Shown here: positions 9,632 to 19,104 of the stretch, one piece after another
Position numbering within the stretch: the first letter of the stretch is position 1
Layout of the letters: each line of letters opens with the position of its first letter
DNA from: an uncultured Clostridia bacterium
Lineage (GTDB): Bacteria > Bacillota > Clostridia > TANB77 > CAG-508
Direction: 5' to 3'
Assembly (NCBI GenBank): GCA_934120675.1
Contig: CAKOUU010000006.1
Coordinates: 23,408-87,407 of the forward strand
Length of the DNA stretch: 64,000 bases
Notes under the pieces: generated by a model
What the model saw: the letters and a program-made list of their open reading frames with translations, nothing else
Told to the model about the DNA's origin: nothing
The model's database searches: none
Translations under genes and position numbers: made by a program

Positions 9632-9741
9632 TTTTTTCCTATCTTTTTAGCTAAGTTTTGAATATTGTTAATTATCTTGAGTACTTTTTTATTCTTTTTT
9701 TAGAATATTTTCAAGTATAATTTGTCTCCGACTTTTCTTTT

Positions 9742-10407
9742 CTAAATTTTTTCTACAATTTCATTTTGATTTTTGTATATACTATTTGCAGGTACTACTT
9801 TTCTTACAGATGATAATGGATATATGTTGCTATGACTACCGATTACTGTTCCTGGATTTAAAATTGAACCACATCCAACTTCTACTTCGTCTCCTAGCAT
9901 TGCTCCAAATTTTTTTAGTCCTGTTTCAATTTTTTCTGTATCATTTTTTACCACTACTAATTTTTTGTCTGATTTTACATTTGATGTTATTGAACCTGCT
10001 CCCATATGTGATTTGTATCCTAAAATTGAGTCTCCTACATAATTATAGTGAGGTACTTGAACTTTGTTAAATAAAATTACATTTTTTAATTCTGTTGAAT
10101 TTCCTACCACTGCACCTTCACCAACTATTGCTTTTCCTCTTATAAATGCACAATGTCTTATTTCTGCATTTTTTCCTATTATTGCAGGTCCGTGTATATA
10201 CGCTGTTGGTGCTACTGTGGCAGATTTTGCAATCCATACATCTTCTCCCACTTTATCATATTCTTCTGGATCTAGTGTATTTCCTAATTCTATTATAAAG
10301 TCATTTATTTTTGGTAATACCTCCCATGGGTATGTCACTCCTTCAAATATTTTTTTTGCTATTGTTTCATCTAAATTGTATAAATTCTTTATTTTACATT
10401 CTTCCAT
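9742..10407 (-). CDS. Left-handed beta-helix (hexapeptide repeat) protein, GlmU C-terminal-like sugar-nucleotide acyl/nucleotidyl transferase family
   Basis: It has successive hexapeptide-type repeats (IHGPAIIGKNAEIRHCAFIRGKAIVGEGAVVGNSTELKNVILF...). Confidence 0.65.
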   Translation of the reverse strand: MEECKIKNLYNLDETIAKKIFEGVTYPWEVLPKINDFIIELGNTLDPEEYDKVGEDVWIAKSATVAPTAYIHGPAIIGKNAEIRHCAFIRGKAIVGEGAVVGNSTELKNVILFNKVQVPHYNYVGDSILGYKSHMGAGSITSNVKSDKKLVVVKNDTEKIETGLKKFGAMLGDEVEVGCGSILNPGTVIGSHSNIYPLSSVRKVVPANSIYKNQNEIVEKI

Positions 10408-10424
10408 GTTTTTCTCCTTTTTTA

Positions 10425-10497
10425 GGGATTGGGGGACGGGTCTCTAATCCCTATTTTTTTATATTTTTTCGGGATTAGAGACCCGTCCCCCTATCCC
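10425..10497. repeat. Inverted pair of GC-rich hairpin units (27-bp arms, 1 mismatch, 19-nt loop)
   Basis: The arms are gggattgggggacgggtctctaatccc (10425-10451) and gggattagagacccgtccccctatccc (10471-10497). Each arm is itself self-complementary at its ends (GGGATT/AATCCC). The pair lies between the mgtA stop and the start of the next gene. Confidence 0.85.
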
Positions 10498-10503
10498 GTT
10501 TTT

Positions 10504-13125
10504 TTATAACCACTCACCATTTCTTTTAATATAAACTTTCTTAATACTTTGAACAAGCACAGTATATATTATAAGTAATAATACTACAAACGCATAATAT
10601 TTTCCTGGTAAAATTTCAAAATTAAATGTTCCAACATTGTGTAATAATATCGGTGTAACTATTGTTCCAGCAATAGTAATCAAAGTTGAAATTGTTAAAA
10701 ATTTATTTGCTCTAGATTCTATGAATGGCATTTTTGCAGTTCTAACATAGTGGATTATCATTGTTTCACTTATCAAGCATTCTACAAACCATGCTGTTTG
10801 GAACCAAGATTGTTTGTCTACACTGTTGTAGCCAAATACAAACCAAAATACAACAAATGCTATTACATCTGTTATTGAGCTTGTAATTCCCATTACATTC
10901 ATGAATTTGCCAAGTCCTTTTGTGTCCCATTTTCGTGGTTTTTCCAAAAATTCTTTGTCTACATCATCATATGGTATTGCTATTTGTGATATGTCATATA
11001 AAAAGTCTTGTATCAACATTTGTATTGGCAATAGTGGTAAAAATGGTAAAAAGATACTTGCTATTAGTATGCTGAATACATCTCCAAAGTCTGAACTTAA
11101 TGCCATTTTCATATATTTTATGATGTTTCCATATACTTTTCTACCTTCTATTACGCCATCATATATTACTTGCAAACTTTTTTCAAGTAATATTATATCA
11201 CTTGCCTCTTTTGCTATGTCTGTTGCAGAGTCTACACAAATTCCTACATCTGCTGTATGTAGTGATGGTGCATCATTTACGCCGTCTCCCATATATCCTA
11301 CTACATGGCCGTTTTTCTTGTATGTTTTTACTACTCTTTCTTTTTGCAATGGGTTTAATCTTGCAAAAACATCAATTTCTTCTACTGCTTTTTCTAATTC
11401 TTCGTCTGACATTTGGTCTAATTCTACACCTGTAATTATTCTATCTGACCTTAAGCCTACTGTATTGCATATGTTTTTAGTTGCATATGCATTATCACCT
11501 GTTAGAATTTTTGTTTTTACGCCAATTTTTCTTAAATCATTTATTGTCTTTTTTACATCTTTTTTTGGTGGGTCCAAAAATGCAACATATCCTACAAATG
11601 TCATTTCACTTTCATCATTACTGTTAAATATATTTACACCTGGATACTCTTTTTTTGTTGCTAATGCTATTACTTGCATTCCCATATTTGATAAGTTGTT
11701 TGCATTTACTTCAATTTGCTTTATTAAATCATCTGTTATTGGAATTATCTCGTCCTTATATTTTACTTGTTTGCAACATTTAAGAATTTCTTCTATTGCT
11801 CCCTTTGTTAGCATTCTGTAGCCGTCTTCGCTTTTTACAACAACACTCATTCTTTTTCTTGTATAGTCAAATGGTATTTCGTCTACTTTTTCATATTCTT
11901 TTAGAACTTGCTTGATTTTGTGTTGATTTCCATATGCTATTACTGCTTTGTCAACTAAATTTTTTATTCCTGTTCCATAGTAACTGTTTAGATATGCGTA
12001 TTTTAAGATGTCTAGGTCTTCTTCTCCCATTACATTTATATATTTTTGCAATGTTATTTTATCTTGTGTTAATGTTCCTGTTTTGTCTGTGCATAAGATG
12101 TCAATTGCTCCTAAGTTTTGAATTGACTGTATATTTTTTACTAGTGTTTTCTTTTTTGCTAGTGTTTTGCTTCCTTTTGTTAAGTTTACATTTACTATCA
12201 TTGGCAACATACTTGGCGTTATTCCAACTGCTACTGATAATGCAAATAGCAATGCTTCCATTAGGTCGTGTCTTATGAATGCATATATTACAAATACTGC
12301 TATTGATACTACTACCATATATTTTATTAGTAGTTTTGTGATGTTGTTCATTCCTTTTTCGAAGTTTGTTATCTCTTTTTTGTTGTCTATTTCTTTGCTC
12401 ATTCTTCCTAAATATGTGTCAAATCCAGTTTGTATTACAACTGCTGTTCCTCTTCCACTGACTACACTTGAGCCCATTAAACATATGTTGTTTATATCAA
12501 ATATTCCTTTTGGTTCATTTGGTGTTGTTGTTTTTTCAACTAATACACTTTCTCCTGTGAATACTGATTGGTTCAAGAATAAGTCTTTGCTTTCTATTAG
12601 TATTACGTCTGCTGGTATTATTGATCCTGCATTTAGTTTTATGATGTCTCCTATTGCTATGTTTTCTACTCTTACTTCTTTTTCTTTTCCGCTTCTTACT
12701 ACATTTGTGCTTGAATATATTTGTGCTTTTAGTTTTTGATTGAATTTGTATGTTGAGTAGTTTTGACAGAATTTTATGAATGCACTTACCACTGCTATTC
12801 CTACTATTATTCCTGCTCCTAATTTGTCTGATAGTGCAAAGTCTATTATTGCTAGCAATAGTAATATGTATATGAATTTATCATTGAATGATTTTATAAA
12901 AAATTCCAGCCAACTCTTTTTTTCGTTTTTTACTACTATGTTGGGACCGTTTTGTTCATATCTTTTTTCGTATTCTTTTTGTGTTAATCCTTCTTCTCTT
13001 GTGTTGTATTCTTTTAGAATTTCTTCTTTGCTTTTCTTTGATGTTTCTGTGTATTTTTCTAGTAGTTCTTTGTCTGTGTTTTTCATTTGTTTTACTTTTT
13101 TCTTGATTTCAAATAATTGTATCAT
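10504..13125 (-). CDS. mgtA: Magnesium-translocating P-type ATPase (MgtA/MgtB type)
   Basis: It has the DKTGTLT phosphorylation site, the TGDN and MGDGVNDAPSL motifs, 10 TM-type segments and an MgtA-like N- and C-terminus. The track ORF starts at a GTG (13134); the ATG at 13125 is the more likely start. Confidence 0.85.
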   Translation of the reverse strand: MIQLFEIKKKVKQMKNTDKELLEKYTETSKKSKEEILKEYNTREEGLTQKEYEKRYEQNGPNIVVKNEKKSWLEFFIKSFNDKFIYILLLLAIIDFALSDKLGAGIIVGIAVVSAFIKFCQNYSTYKFNQKLKAQIYSSTNVVRSGKEKEVRVENIAIGDIIKLNAGSIIPADVILIESKDLFLNQSVFTGESVLVEKTTTPNEPKGIFDINNICLMGSSVVSGRGTAVVIQTGFDTYLGRMSKEIDNKKEITNFEKGMNNITKLLIKYMVVVSIAVFVIYAFIRHDLMEALLFALSVAVGITPSMLPMIVNVNLTKGSKTLAKKKTLVKNIQSIQNLGAIDILCTDKTGTLTQDKITLQKYINVMGEEDLDILKYAYLNSYYGTGIKNLVDKAVIAYGNQHKIKQVLKEYEKVDEIPFDYTRKRMSVVVKSEDGYRMLTKGAIEEILKCCKQVKYKDEIIPITDDLIKQIEVNANNLSNMGMQVIALATKKEYPGVNIFNSNDESEMTFVGYVAFLDPPKKDVKKTINDLRKIGVKTKILTGDNAYATKNICNTVGLRSDRIITGVELDQMSDEELEKAVEEIDVFARLNPLQKERVVKTYKKNGHVVGYMGDGVNDAPSLHTADVGICVDSATDIAKEASDIILLEKSLQVIYDGVIEGRKVYGNIIKYMKMALSSDFGDVFSILIASIFLPFLPLLPIQMLIQDFLYDISQIAIPYDDVDKEFLEKPRKWDTKGLGKFMNVMGITSSITDVIAFVVFWFVFGYNSVDKQSWFQTAWFVECLISETMIIHYVRTAKMPFIESRANKFLTISTLITIAGTIVTPILLHNVGTFNFEILPGKYYAFVVLLLIIYTVLVQSIKKVYIKRNGEWL

Positions 13126-13254
13126 TTGTATCACTTTCCTTTTTTGGTTGATTGTGTTTTTTTATTTTTTACGGTTGTATTATATCACTTTTTTGAAATT
13201 TTTAAAGTGTTTTTTCGGTATTATAACTTTTTCTTTATAAATCTAATTTTACTG

Positions 13255-13283
13255 TTGACTTCTTCTATAAGATATTTTAATAT
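13255..13283 (+). promoter_or_regulatory. Candidate sigma-A promoter pointing into the mgtA upstream region (antisense)
   Basis: TTGACT, 17 nt, TAATAT. Confidence 0.4.
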
Positions 13284-13289
13284 ATATAT

Positions 13290-13442
13290 GCCAATTTACT
13301 CAAGTGGTAGGAAGGATGTTTAGTTGTGAAAGACTTGTTTAGATTACTAAAACTTTATTTGATTTACTTAATTGTAAAACATCTAGGGGATTAGCACAGG
13401 AAAAAGACTAGGAATGCTTTGGTAGGCTCCTAGTCTTTTTTT
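13290..13442 (+). ncRNA. Candidate ~150-nt small RNA, antisense to the mgtA 5' leader
   Basis: It is bounded by the promoter at 13255-13283 and the bidirectional terminator at 13405-13436 with a T-run. It has no ORF and I recognise no known family. Confidence 0.25.
13405..13436. terminator. Bidirectional intrinsic terminator in the mgtA / radical-SAM intergenic region
   Basis: The stem is agactagga / tcctagtct with a 14-nt loop, aaaa upstream and ttttttt downstream. Confidence 0.6.
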
Positions 13443-13482
13443 GTTTAATTGTTACTTGACTTGTTTTGTAATTACTAAATAC

Positions 13483-13511
13483 ATATTAGCACATATTTTA
13501 TTATATGTCAA
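13483..13511 (-). promoter_or_regulatory. Candidate sigma-A promoter directed toward mgtA
   Basis: On the minus strand: TTGACA, 17 nt, TAATAT. The terminator hairpin lies only about 40-75 nt downstream of the predicted start site. Confidence 0.45.
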
Positions 13512-13548
13512 ATTTTTAAAAATTATAATAGTGTAAGATTTTTTTAAT

Positions 13549-13577
13549 TTGCATTTACTGCCTTTTTCTGCTATACT
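13549..13577 (+). promoter_or_regulatory. Candidate promoter of the radical SAM gene (would give a near-leaderless mRNA)
   Basis: TTGCAT, 17 nt, TATACT, ending 9 nt before the ATG at 13587. No SD is visible. Confidence 0.4.
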
Positions 13578-13586
13578 GTAACCATT

Positions 13587-14525
13587 ATGGAAGAGAAAGA
13601 AAGATATAAACACTTAAACAAATATTTAAAAGAAAAATTTGGAGAAAGAACATTAAAAATCTGTATCGATGGTGGTTTTACCTGTCCAAATAGAGATGGA
13701 ACTTTATCAACAAAAGGATGCATTTTTTGTAGTGAAAAAGGTTCTGGTGAATTAATACGTTGCGGTTTTGGTGATACTATAACTGAAAAAATTAGTAATC
13801 AAGTAAAAAATTATTTTAATAGTTATCGCAGTGAACGTGCTAATAAGTTTATTGCTTATTTTCAAAATTTTACAAACACATATGCTTCTTTAGATATGCT
13901 GAAAGCTAAATATGATGCTGCTTTAATTGATGATAGAATTGTAGGTTTAGAAGTTGCCACAAGGCCTGACTGTATAAATGCAGATATTGTAAATTTGTTG
14001 AAATCTTACAAGGATAACTATTATGTTTGTGTTGAACTTGGTTTGCAAACTTCTAATGATGATACGGGTATTTTAATTAATCGTGGTTATTCTAGTTGTC
14101 AATTTACAAATGCTGTCAAATTGTTAAATGCTGCTGGAATTGATGTTGTTGCTCATATTATGGTTGGTTTACCAGGCGAAAATTTTAATGATTTAAAAAA
14201 TACTGTTGATTTTATTAACAAGCATAATATTCAAGGTTTGAAAATTCATTCTACTTATGTTGTTAAAAATACAGTTCTTGCTGATATGTTTTTTTCAGGT
14301 CAATATGAGCCTATTACTTTAGAGTATTATTTGGATGCTCTTACTTATGTTGTTACTCATATTTCGCCAGATATTGTTATTCATAGAATTTCTGGTGACG
14401 CTCCTAAGGATTTGTTGGTTGCTCCTGAGTGGAATTTGCATAAGAAGTGGGTTTTGAATGGTTTTGATAGAATTTTAAGAGAACAAAATTTGTGGCAGGG
14501 AAAATATTACAAGACTTCAATTTAA
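13587..14525 (+). CDS. TIGR01212-family radical SAM protein (YtqA-like)
   Basis: It has the N-terminal cluster motif CPNRDGTLSTKGCIFC and a family-typical N-terminus (YKHLNKYLKEKFGERTLKICIDGGF). Confidence 0.85.
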   Translation: MEEKERYKHLNKYLKEKFGERTLKICIDGGFTCPNRDGTLSTKGCIFCSEKGSGELIRCGFGDTITEKISNQVKNYFNSYRSERANKFIAYFQNFTNTYASLDMLKAKYDAALIDDRIVGLEVATRPDCINADIVNLLKSYKDNYYVCVELGLQTSNDDTGILINRGYSSCQFTNAVKLLNAAGIDVVAHIMVGLPGENFNDLKNTVDFINKHNIQGLKIHSTYVVKNTVLADMFFSGQYEPITLEYYLDALTYVVTHISPDIVIHRISGDAPKDLLVAPEWNLHKKWVLNGFDRILREQNLWQGKYYKTSI

Positions 14526-14607
14526 TATTTTGTTAAAATTATTTGTATTATTGGTTGAAATTATTTATATTATAGAAATTTTAGAAAGCCTATTTATGTA
14601 TAAAATG

Positions 14608-14641
14608 AAGGACATAATTTTTTATTTAAAATTATGTCCTT
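14608..14641. terminator. Bidirectional terminator between convergent genes
   Basis: The 13-bp stem is aaggacataattt / aaattatgtcctt, followed by a T-run. Confidence 0.65.
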
Positions 14642-14647
14642 TTTATA

Positions 14648-15262
14648 TTATTCTTGATTCATACTATTTAAAGATTCTTCAACTTCTCTATATCCTGGTA
14701 ATACTGCATCGACAAAAGCATCTTCGTCGCAATCTATATTCCATTTTCCATCTTCTTTTTTCATATTAATAGTAACTTCTGTTGTTACAGTTTCAATGTC
14801 TTCAGAATTATATTGTTCTATAAAATATTGCTTTAACTGTTCATTCATCTCTTCTTCTGTCATTGCACCGAACGCTTGAGAAAAGGCTACAGAGAATGCT
14901 TTTGATATATAGTTTCCAAATACTGTTTTTAAATTTTTATTGCTTATATTTAATTTCATTGTGCATTCATTTATTTTTACGTCTGTTGATACTACCTCAT
15001 AGTTTAGATTTTTTAACATTGCTTTTTCCATATCTTGATTATCTGCTATGTTATCTTCTGATGTTGTATTTTCTTCAATTACATCTCCTATATTGATGTA
15101 TTGTTTTATTTGCTCTTCGTCTCCAGTTTTCAATGCTGTGAACATTTTATCAACTGTTTCTAATGCTTGTTTTTTTGTCATGTTTAGGGCTATAAAGTAC
15201 CCTCCAACTACTAGTACAATTATTAATATTACTATTAATGCAATTTTTAGAATTTTTTTCAT
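14648..15262 (-). CDS. Hypothetical membrane-anchored/secreted protein
   Basis: It has an N-terminal TM segment (ILKIALIVILIIVLVVGGYFIAL). No confident family. Confidence 0.5.
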   Translation of the reverse strand: MKKILKIALIVILIIVLVVGGYFIALNMTKKQALETVDKMFTALKTGDEEQIKQYINIGDVIEENTTSEDNIADNQDMEKAMLKNLNYEVVSTDVKINECTMKLNISNKNLKTVFGNYISKAFSVAFSQAFGAMTEEEMNEQLKQYFIEQYNSEDIETVTTEVTINMKKEDGKWNIDCDEDAFVDAVLPGYREVEESLNSMNQE

Positions 15263-15315
15263 ATTCTTTCCCCCTTTCTTGTGCTTATTAAATCACTTTT
15301 ATGGGGTATTGTCAA

Positions 15316-15852
15316 TTAAAATTCGTATTCTTGTATAACTTTTCCTTCTACATTTTTTAATATTATTTTATTGTCTTCAATTACAATATAGCTATGCTCT
15401 GTATTGCACTTTGGAAGCGAAATTGAGCCTGGGTTTGCAAAGATATATCCTTCTTTTTCTTGAATAAATCCTTGGTGAATGTGGCCATATATCATTATAT
15501 CAAAGTCGTCATATGGTATTTTTTCTATGTTGTATTTATGTCCATGTGTAAAATAAAATTTCTTGCCGTTAATTTCCATTAAAATGTGGTCATGAAATTC
15601 AAATTCTGATATTGTTTCGTCTACTTCTGCATCACAATTTCCTTTTACTACTAGTAATTTGTCTTTTAATGAATTAAGTGTTTGTGCTACTTTCATTGGG
15701 TTGTATTCTTGACTCAAATTATTTCTTGGTCCATGGTAATATAGGTCTCCTAATAATATTATTTTGTCTGGATTTTCTTTTTCATTTATTTCTTTTATTT
15801 TTTCTCCATAGTATCCTGAACCATGGATATCTGATATTACTAACGCTTTCAT
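15316..15852 (-). CDS. YfcE/MJ0936-family metallophosphoesterase
   Basis: Motifs present: ISDIHGS, LGDLYYHG, GNCD, THGH, GHIH. Confidence 0.8.
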   Translation of the reverse strand: MKALVISDIHGSGYYGEKIKEINEKENPDKIILLGDLYYHGPRNNLSQEYNPMKVAQTLNSLKDKLLVVKGNCDAEVDETISEFEFHDHILMEINGKKFYFTHGHKYNIEKIPYDDFDIMIYGHIHQGFIQEKEGYIFANPGSISLPKCNTEHSYIVIEDNKIILKNVEGKVIQEYEF

Positions 15853-15865
15853 TTTCCCTCCTACA

Positions 15866-16291
15866 TTATTGGTCTATGTCTTCTAAATTATTGAAGAATT
15901 CTTCTGTTAATTCTTCTTCATATACATATTCACCATTTTTATATCTCAATATACTATCATTTTGTATTTGATTTTTTAGTTCTTCTGATATTTCTGTTTC
16001 TTCAAATATTTTGTTGTTGTTTTTGTTTAGCAAGAAAACACCTTTTGCACTGAAGTCTACTACCTGATATAGGCAGTTTTCTTCTCTATTTTGTTCTAAA
16101 TTTTCTTGTTGTTCTAGTGAACTTTCTTTTTCAACCTCATTATTATTGTTGATTTCGTCGTTGTTTATTGTGTTCATCTGTTCTTTTTCCTTTGAATTTT
16201 CAATGTATTTTGATAATTCTTGTATAAAATTTTCTACTAAATTATTTTCTTTTATATCATTTGTTAGTTTGTTAAAAATCTCTAATTTCAA
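15866..16291 (-). CDS. Hypothetical acidic protein
   Basis: The ORF is translationally close to the downstream gene. No family recognised. Confidence 0.4.
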   Translation of the reverse strand: MKLEIFNKLTNDIKENNLVENFIQELSKYIENSKEKEQMNTINNDEINNNNEVEKESSLEQQENLEQNREENCLYQVVDFSAKGVFLLNKNNNKIFEETEISEELKNQIQNDSILRYKNGEYVYEEELTEEFFNNLEDIDQ

Positions 16292-16342
16292 TAAATTTTC
16301 TCCTTTTCATATTTTTATGTCCAGAAAAGTTGTGTAACTTCA

Positions 16343-17407
16343 TTAAACATTTTTGTCTTCTATATCTTCTTTTGAAAGTTCCAATAATTCTTTTTCGTCA
16401 TTAATTATTTTTATTAATTCTTCCTTTGAAGGCATATATGTTAAATATTTAGAAGCATAAATATTTTTAACGTCATCTCCAAGTGTCATTTCTACAACTG
16501 CATCATCTTTATCAGCACATAACAATATACCAATCGGCTCATTTTCGCCTTCGATCATCTGAGTTTTTCTATAATAATTTACGTACATTTGCATTTGTCC
16601 TATATCTTGATGTGACAATTTTCCAATTTTTAAGTCTATAATAACAAAACATCTTGCTAAACGATTATAAAATACTAAGTCTGGATAATAATATTCAGCT
16701 CCTATCTTCACTCTTTGTTGACTAGCAACAAAGGAAAATCCTCTCCCTAATTCCAGCAAAAATTCGGTTAAGTGGTTTAATAATGCTTTTTCTAAATCAC
16801 TTTCTAAATAATTTCTATTTTCTTTTAATCCAGCAAATTCAAAAATATATGGACTTTTTAATAACTCTTCTGGTTGTTTTTCTATTGAGCCTTTTTTTGA
16901 TTCTTTCATAATTAAGTTTTTATCTGGTGAAATCAAATATCTATCATATAGTTTAGTATTAATTTGACGTCTTAATTCTCTGCAACCCCAGTTGGATTTT
17001 TTAGATTCATTTTCGTAAAAATTTCTTTCTTCTTTTCTATCTATTCTAATCAGCTCTTGGTAATGAGCCCAAGATAATTCGGTCGACACTGTCGACCAAT
17101 TTGGATAATATTCATAAAATCTACGCATTCTTCTTATCGAAACCGGAGAAAAACCATTCCCAAATTCACTTGTTAATTTTTTAGATAAAGCTTCTATTAT
17201 TCTTTTTCCATATATTCCATCACTTGAACTATTGTATAATTCTGATGTTATTTTACCTACATACCAATAAACTTCTGTCATTGTTGTATCTATTTGTTTT
17301 AACATCTTTGCTCTTGCATTAATAACTTTTTCTTTTATATCTTTGTAAATTATATCTACTTTAGATACTTCATTGTCATTTAATATTAACTCATTACTTT
17401 TTTTCAT
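16343..17407 (-). CDS. DUF1016/YhcG-family PD-(D/E)xK nuclease-domain protein
   Basis: It has the C-terminal YPDLVFYNRLARCFVIIDLKIGKLSHQDIGQMQMYVNYY, typical of YhcG-like proteins. Confidence 0.75.
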   Translation of the reverse strand: MKKSNELILNDNEVSKVDIIYKDIKEKVINARAKMLKQIDTTMTEVYWYVGKITSELYNSSSDGIYGKRIIEALSKKLTSEFGNGFSPVSIRRMRRFYEYYPNWSTVSTELSWAHYQELIRIDRKEERNFYENESKKSNWGCRELRRQINTKLYDRYLISPDKNLIMKESKKGSIEKQPEELLKSPYIFEFAGLKENRNYLESDLEKALLNHLTEFLLELGRGFSFVASQQRVKIGAEYYYPDLVFYNRLARCFVIIDLKIGKLSHQDIGQMQMYVNYYRKTQMIEGENEPIGILLCADKDDAVVEMTLGDDVKNIYASKYLTYMPSKEELIKIINDEKELLELSKEDIEDKNV

Positions 17408-17509
17408 TAACCCTCTCCTTATATAATGTATTTTTTATTATATAAATAATATTCATATTATTGACAGCAAGCAAGTATTACTTACTAAATTTTTATACAA
17501 TACTATCTA

Positions 17510-18304
17510 TTATTTTTTTGAGCTTTCACCTGTTTGATAATTAATTGTTATTCCAGGTTGTACATTATATATATACACATTAAATTGCACTCCTTGTCCG
17601 TTGTCTTCTACAGAATATGCTTCCATTTCTACTCCACTTGCAACTTTATTATCTCCTTTAAAATCTGGTGTTACTCTATAAAGCACATGATTATTATTGT
17701 TTTTATCTATGTATTCTGCTACTTTGTTTTCAAATGGCAACATTCCTTCAACATTGAAATAATTTGTGCCTGTTATTAAATTCAACTCGTTTGCATTCTC
17801 TCCCGCTAATTGATATCCTATTAGATGGCATCTGTTGTATAAAAATTTTCCATCGTATTTTGTTTGTTTCCATCCCGTTGGTTTTACATTGCTGATGTCC
17901 CCTCTTTTTTCTGTTGGCATTATTTCTTTGCATATATTTGCATATGCTACTCCGCATCGTTTTAAAGAATCAAGTTGACTGTAGTTTTCAAATGCTTTTG
18001 TTGTGTGTTCACTTTTTTCAAAGTATGATATGTTGTTATTTATTTCGATATATATTTTGTCCGTGTATTCTGGTATGTTACTTAAATTGTATGTGGTGTT
18101 TGATACCGTATTTTCTGCTGTTTGTGCTTGTTCTGCAGTTATATTTGTTTCATTTTGCTGATTTTCTGTGTTGTTTTCTTGTTTATTTATTACCCAACTT
18201 GCTATTATTAATATTAATATTATTAATGTTGATATTATTTTTTCGGTTTGTTTACTTATATAATTATTTTGTTTTTGTTTTTGTTTTTTCTTTTTCATTT
18301 TCAT
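17510..18304 (-). CDS. Secreted/membrane-anchored DNA/RNA non-specific endonuclease (Endonuclease_NS_2 type)
   Basis: It has an N-terminal TM/signal and the motif RCHLIGYQLAGENANELNLITGT, typical of streptococcal/clostridial extracellular DNases. Confidence 0.7.
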   Translation of the reverse strand: MKMKKKKQKQKQNNYISKQTEKIISTLIILILIIASWVINKQENNTENQQNETNITAEQAQTAENTVSNTTYNLSNIPEYTDKIYIEINNNISYFEKSEHTTKAFENYSQLDSLKRCGVAYANICKEIMPTEKRGDISNVKPTGWKQTKYDGKFLYNRCHLIGYQLAGENANELNLITGTNYFNVEGMLPFENKVAEYIDKNNNNHVLYRVTPDFKGDNKVASGVEMEAYSVEDNGQGVQFNVYIYNVQPGITINYQTGESSKK

Positions 18305-18489
18305 TTTTGTATTCTCCTCTTTTGTTTACCTTTTACACTTTATTGTATTAAGTTTTCCACTATTATATCACAATATGTGGATTATTGTATGAATTTTTTA
18401 AAACTTTTGCTTTTTCACCAAAATATTTTGCTAGTTTTTTATGTATAGATTTTTGTCTTTAATTTCATGTCTTTTTAATTATTGATGTT

Positions 18490-19104
18490 TTATTCTTTGA
18501 TACTTTCCTCTTCAATTATCTTTATTATTCTTTCAATTTTTTCTTTTCTGTTTCCTGATGTATCAAAAAAATCCACATTATATTTTTTGCATTCTTCTGC
18601 GTTTTCCTTACTTTTATTAATAATATGGTTGCATATGAGTTCTAGTCTTACACTCCCTATTCCTCTGGTCCAGTCGTTATTGTCATCATTTATCCTTATT
18701 TGTTTCATTAAATGTTCCACATTTTCGTTTGGCATTCCCATGCAGTAGATATCAAATCCTAATGGTTCAAATTGTTTTTTAGCATTTTCTATGCTTATTT
18801 CGTGGGTTTCAAATATCATTTTCCTATTTGCTTTTCTTAAGTCTATTTCCATTTGATCTACCATTTCATAAAATACCTTTGTAATTACTTCATTTGAAAG
18901 ATTAATTTCTTTGGGGTCTATCTCTAATATTCCATTTTTTTGTTTCATTTGGGAAAGTTTTTTTCTTCGATATAATATTCCTAATGCTAATGAGAATATA
19001 TCTCCTCTCACTAGTTCATAATTTTTATTTCTTTGAAATAATTGATTTGAAATTGTTGATTTACCACATCGTGGTGTTCCTATAATTAAAATATTTTTAC
19101 TTAT
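18490..19104 (-). CDS. P-loop NTPase / small-molecule-kinase-like protein with no canonical start codon
   Basis: The frame is open upstream of the track start and encodes SKNILIIGTPRCGKSTISNQLF (Walker A). The only codon at a proper distance (8 nt) from a strong SD (aaaaggagg) is ATA at 19104-19102. Confidence 0.5.
   Translation of the reverse strand: MSKNILIIGTPRCGKSTISNQLFQRNKNYELVRGDIFSLALGILYRRKKLSQMKQKNGILEIDPKEINLSNEVITKVFYEMVDQMEIDLRKANRKMIFETHEISIENAKKQFEPLGFDIYCMGMPNENVEHLMKQIRINDDNNDWTRGIGSVRLELICNHIINKSKENAEECKKYNVDFFDTSGNRKEKIERIIKIIEEESIKE

Noticed and set aside
13135-13586. An M-box (ykoK) Mg2+ riboswitch upstream of mgtA.
   Set aside because: I read both strands looking for the conserved M-box segments (for example GTTAGGTGAGGC-like and the distal conserved helices) and did not find them. 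This needs an Infernal scan to be definitive, so I report only the promoter/terminator architecture.
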